DNA of 62,968 nucleotides, filler included, from Neolecta irregularis DAH-3 (taxonomy: Eukaryota): the NCBI GenBank assembly GCA_001929475.1. It is 9 parts of 9 records of this genome, joined end to end, with 100 filler letters (N's around TTAATTAATTAA, not from the genome) between each part and the next. Parts side by side here need not be neighbours in the genome. Positions count along the whole stretch, not along the records: positions 61,906 to 62,968 come from LXFE01004265.1; 8 more parts are not named here. One strand, written 5' to 3'. Each line of letters starts with the position of its first letter. Position 1 is the first letter of the stretch. The notes under the pieces are model-generated. The model was not told where the DNA came from and ran no database searches. It saw only the letters and a program-made list of their open reading frames with translations. Positions 61,906-62,968 of the stretch are shown here, piece after piece. The translations under genes and the position numbers were made by a program.

Positions 61906-62968
61906 ATGCAGGAATATTCGTAACTAATCTTTAGATTCGAGGATGATTTGGACAGCCGCCGCCGGACAAACAGCCGCCGCCGGACAAACAGCCGCCACCA
62001 GCTAGGACTGCTCACCGCTCCATGCTCATGCTCCCGGAGACTTTTGCGCGGCCCCCTCTGCCCTTGCCAGTTGCCACCGCCTCCGACTCTGCTGCTGCCA
62101 CTGAGCCCGAAGCAATNNNNNNNNNNTGGAACTTACTGTGAAAGTTCTGGAACTTACTGTGAAAATCCAGAATTACAGTGAAAGTTCTGGAACTTACTGT
62201 GAAAATCCAGAATTACAGTGAAAGTTCTGGAACATACTGTGAAAATCCAGAATTACAGTGAAAGTTCTGGAACTTACTGTGAAAATCTGGAATTACAGTA
62301 AAAGTTCTGTAATTTACTATGAAAATCTGGAATTACAGTGAAAGTTCTGTAATTTACTATGAAAATCTGGAATTACAGTGAAAGTTCTGTAACTTACTGT
62401 GAAAATATGGAATTACAGTGAAAATCCAGAATTACAGTGAAAGTTCTGGAACTTACAGTGAAAATCCGGAATTACAGTAAAAGTTCTGGAACTTACAGTG
62501 AAAATCCGGAATTACAGTGAAAGTTCTGGAACTTACTGTGAAAATCCCACTTTTTTGGAATTTACAGTTTAAATTCCGGAACTTTCAGTGAAAGTTCTGT
62601 GTAAGTATCTTTATATTCAAACACAGTTCACTGCTCGCTCGCCACAATCTCTGCTCCCCGTCCCCTACCACCTACCTCATCCCCCACTCGCCATGCTTGC
62701 AATCACCCTGGACTTGATGCCTTGTGGCCCATGTCAAAGGTTTTGGCAAAGCTAGAGGCTGTTGTAAGCGGATGCAGGAATATTCGTAACTAATCTTTAG
62801 ATTCGAGGATGATTTGGACAGCCGCCGCCGGACAAACCAGCCGCCACCAGCTAGGACTGCTCACCGCTCCATGCTCATGCTCCCGGGACTTTTGCGCAGC
62901 CCCCTCTGCCCTTGCCAGTTGCCACCGCCTCCGACTCTGCTGCTGCCACTGAGCCCGAAGCAATGACA
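61906..62968. repeat. Tandem macro-repeat (61906-62116 recurs at 62772-62964) with an internal 19/21-bp minisatellite (62127-62600)
   Basis: Alternating GAAAGTTCTGGAACTTACTGT and GAAAATCCAGAATTACAGT units forming a 40-bp higher-order repeat. Confidence 0.9.

Noticed and set aside
62127-62600. CRISPR-like array
   Set aside because: No unique spacers, no cas genes, eukaryotic context; it is a minisatellite.

Overview
Eukaryotic, gene-dense ascomycete DNA with very short introns (mostly about 32-50 nt, CTRAY-type branch point a few nt before the acceptor). Protein similarity to fission-yeast and filamentous-ascomycete families points to Taphrinomycotina, plausibly Neolecta (inference). The window is a pseudo-scaffold: eight N-TTAATTAATTAA-N linkers join separate contigs, so adjacency across them is unproven. 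It holds about 25 protein genes (Mto2-like, GSKIP-domain, CAP/PRY, ankyrin-DIL, Nup60, TLC, GTPBP1/2, Arp4, Pil1/Meu14, Mtm1, pyruvate kinase, mitochondrial AspRS, uL24m, Rad4/Cut5, GPAT/DHAPAT, DUF3020, NEDD8/Rub1, Nup85, Rmt2, Nas2, Cdc7-family kinase, SMYD, Rrp2/Uls1, Ngr1/Nam8, PhoD, Qcr6, GH17), a U13/snR45-type snoRNA and transposon relics. Highlights: (1) a U2-style AT-AC intron in pyruvate kinase, within a splice system with relaxed boundaries (three GC-AG introns, many AAG/GAG acceptors, a possible GT-GG); (2) host-gene fragments (Argonaute, SAM carrier, a stitched three-piece RPA135, a J-domain) next to or inside hAT/LTR termini, suggesting Pack-type gene capture; (3) GC peaks with G-to-C strand-skew inversion and coding minisatellite expansions; (4) a circularly permuted 1854-bp GH17 contig indicating a tandem array or circle. 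All family calls are from motif recognition by eye, not database searches.
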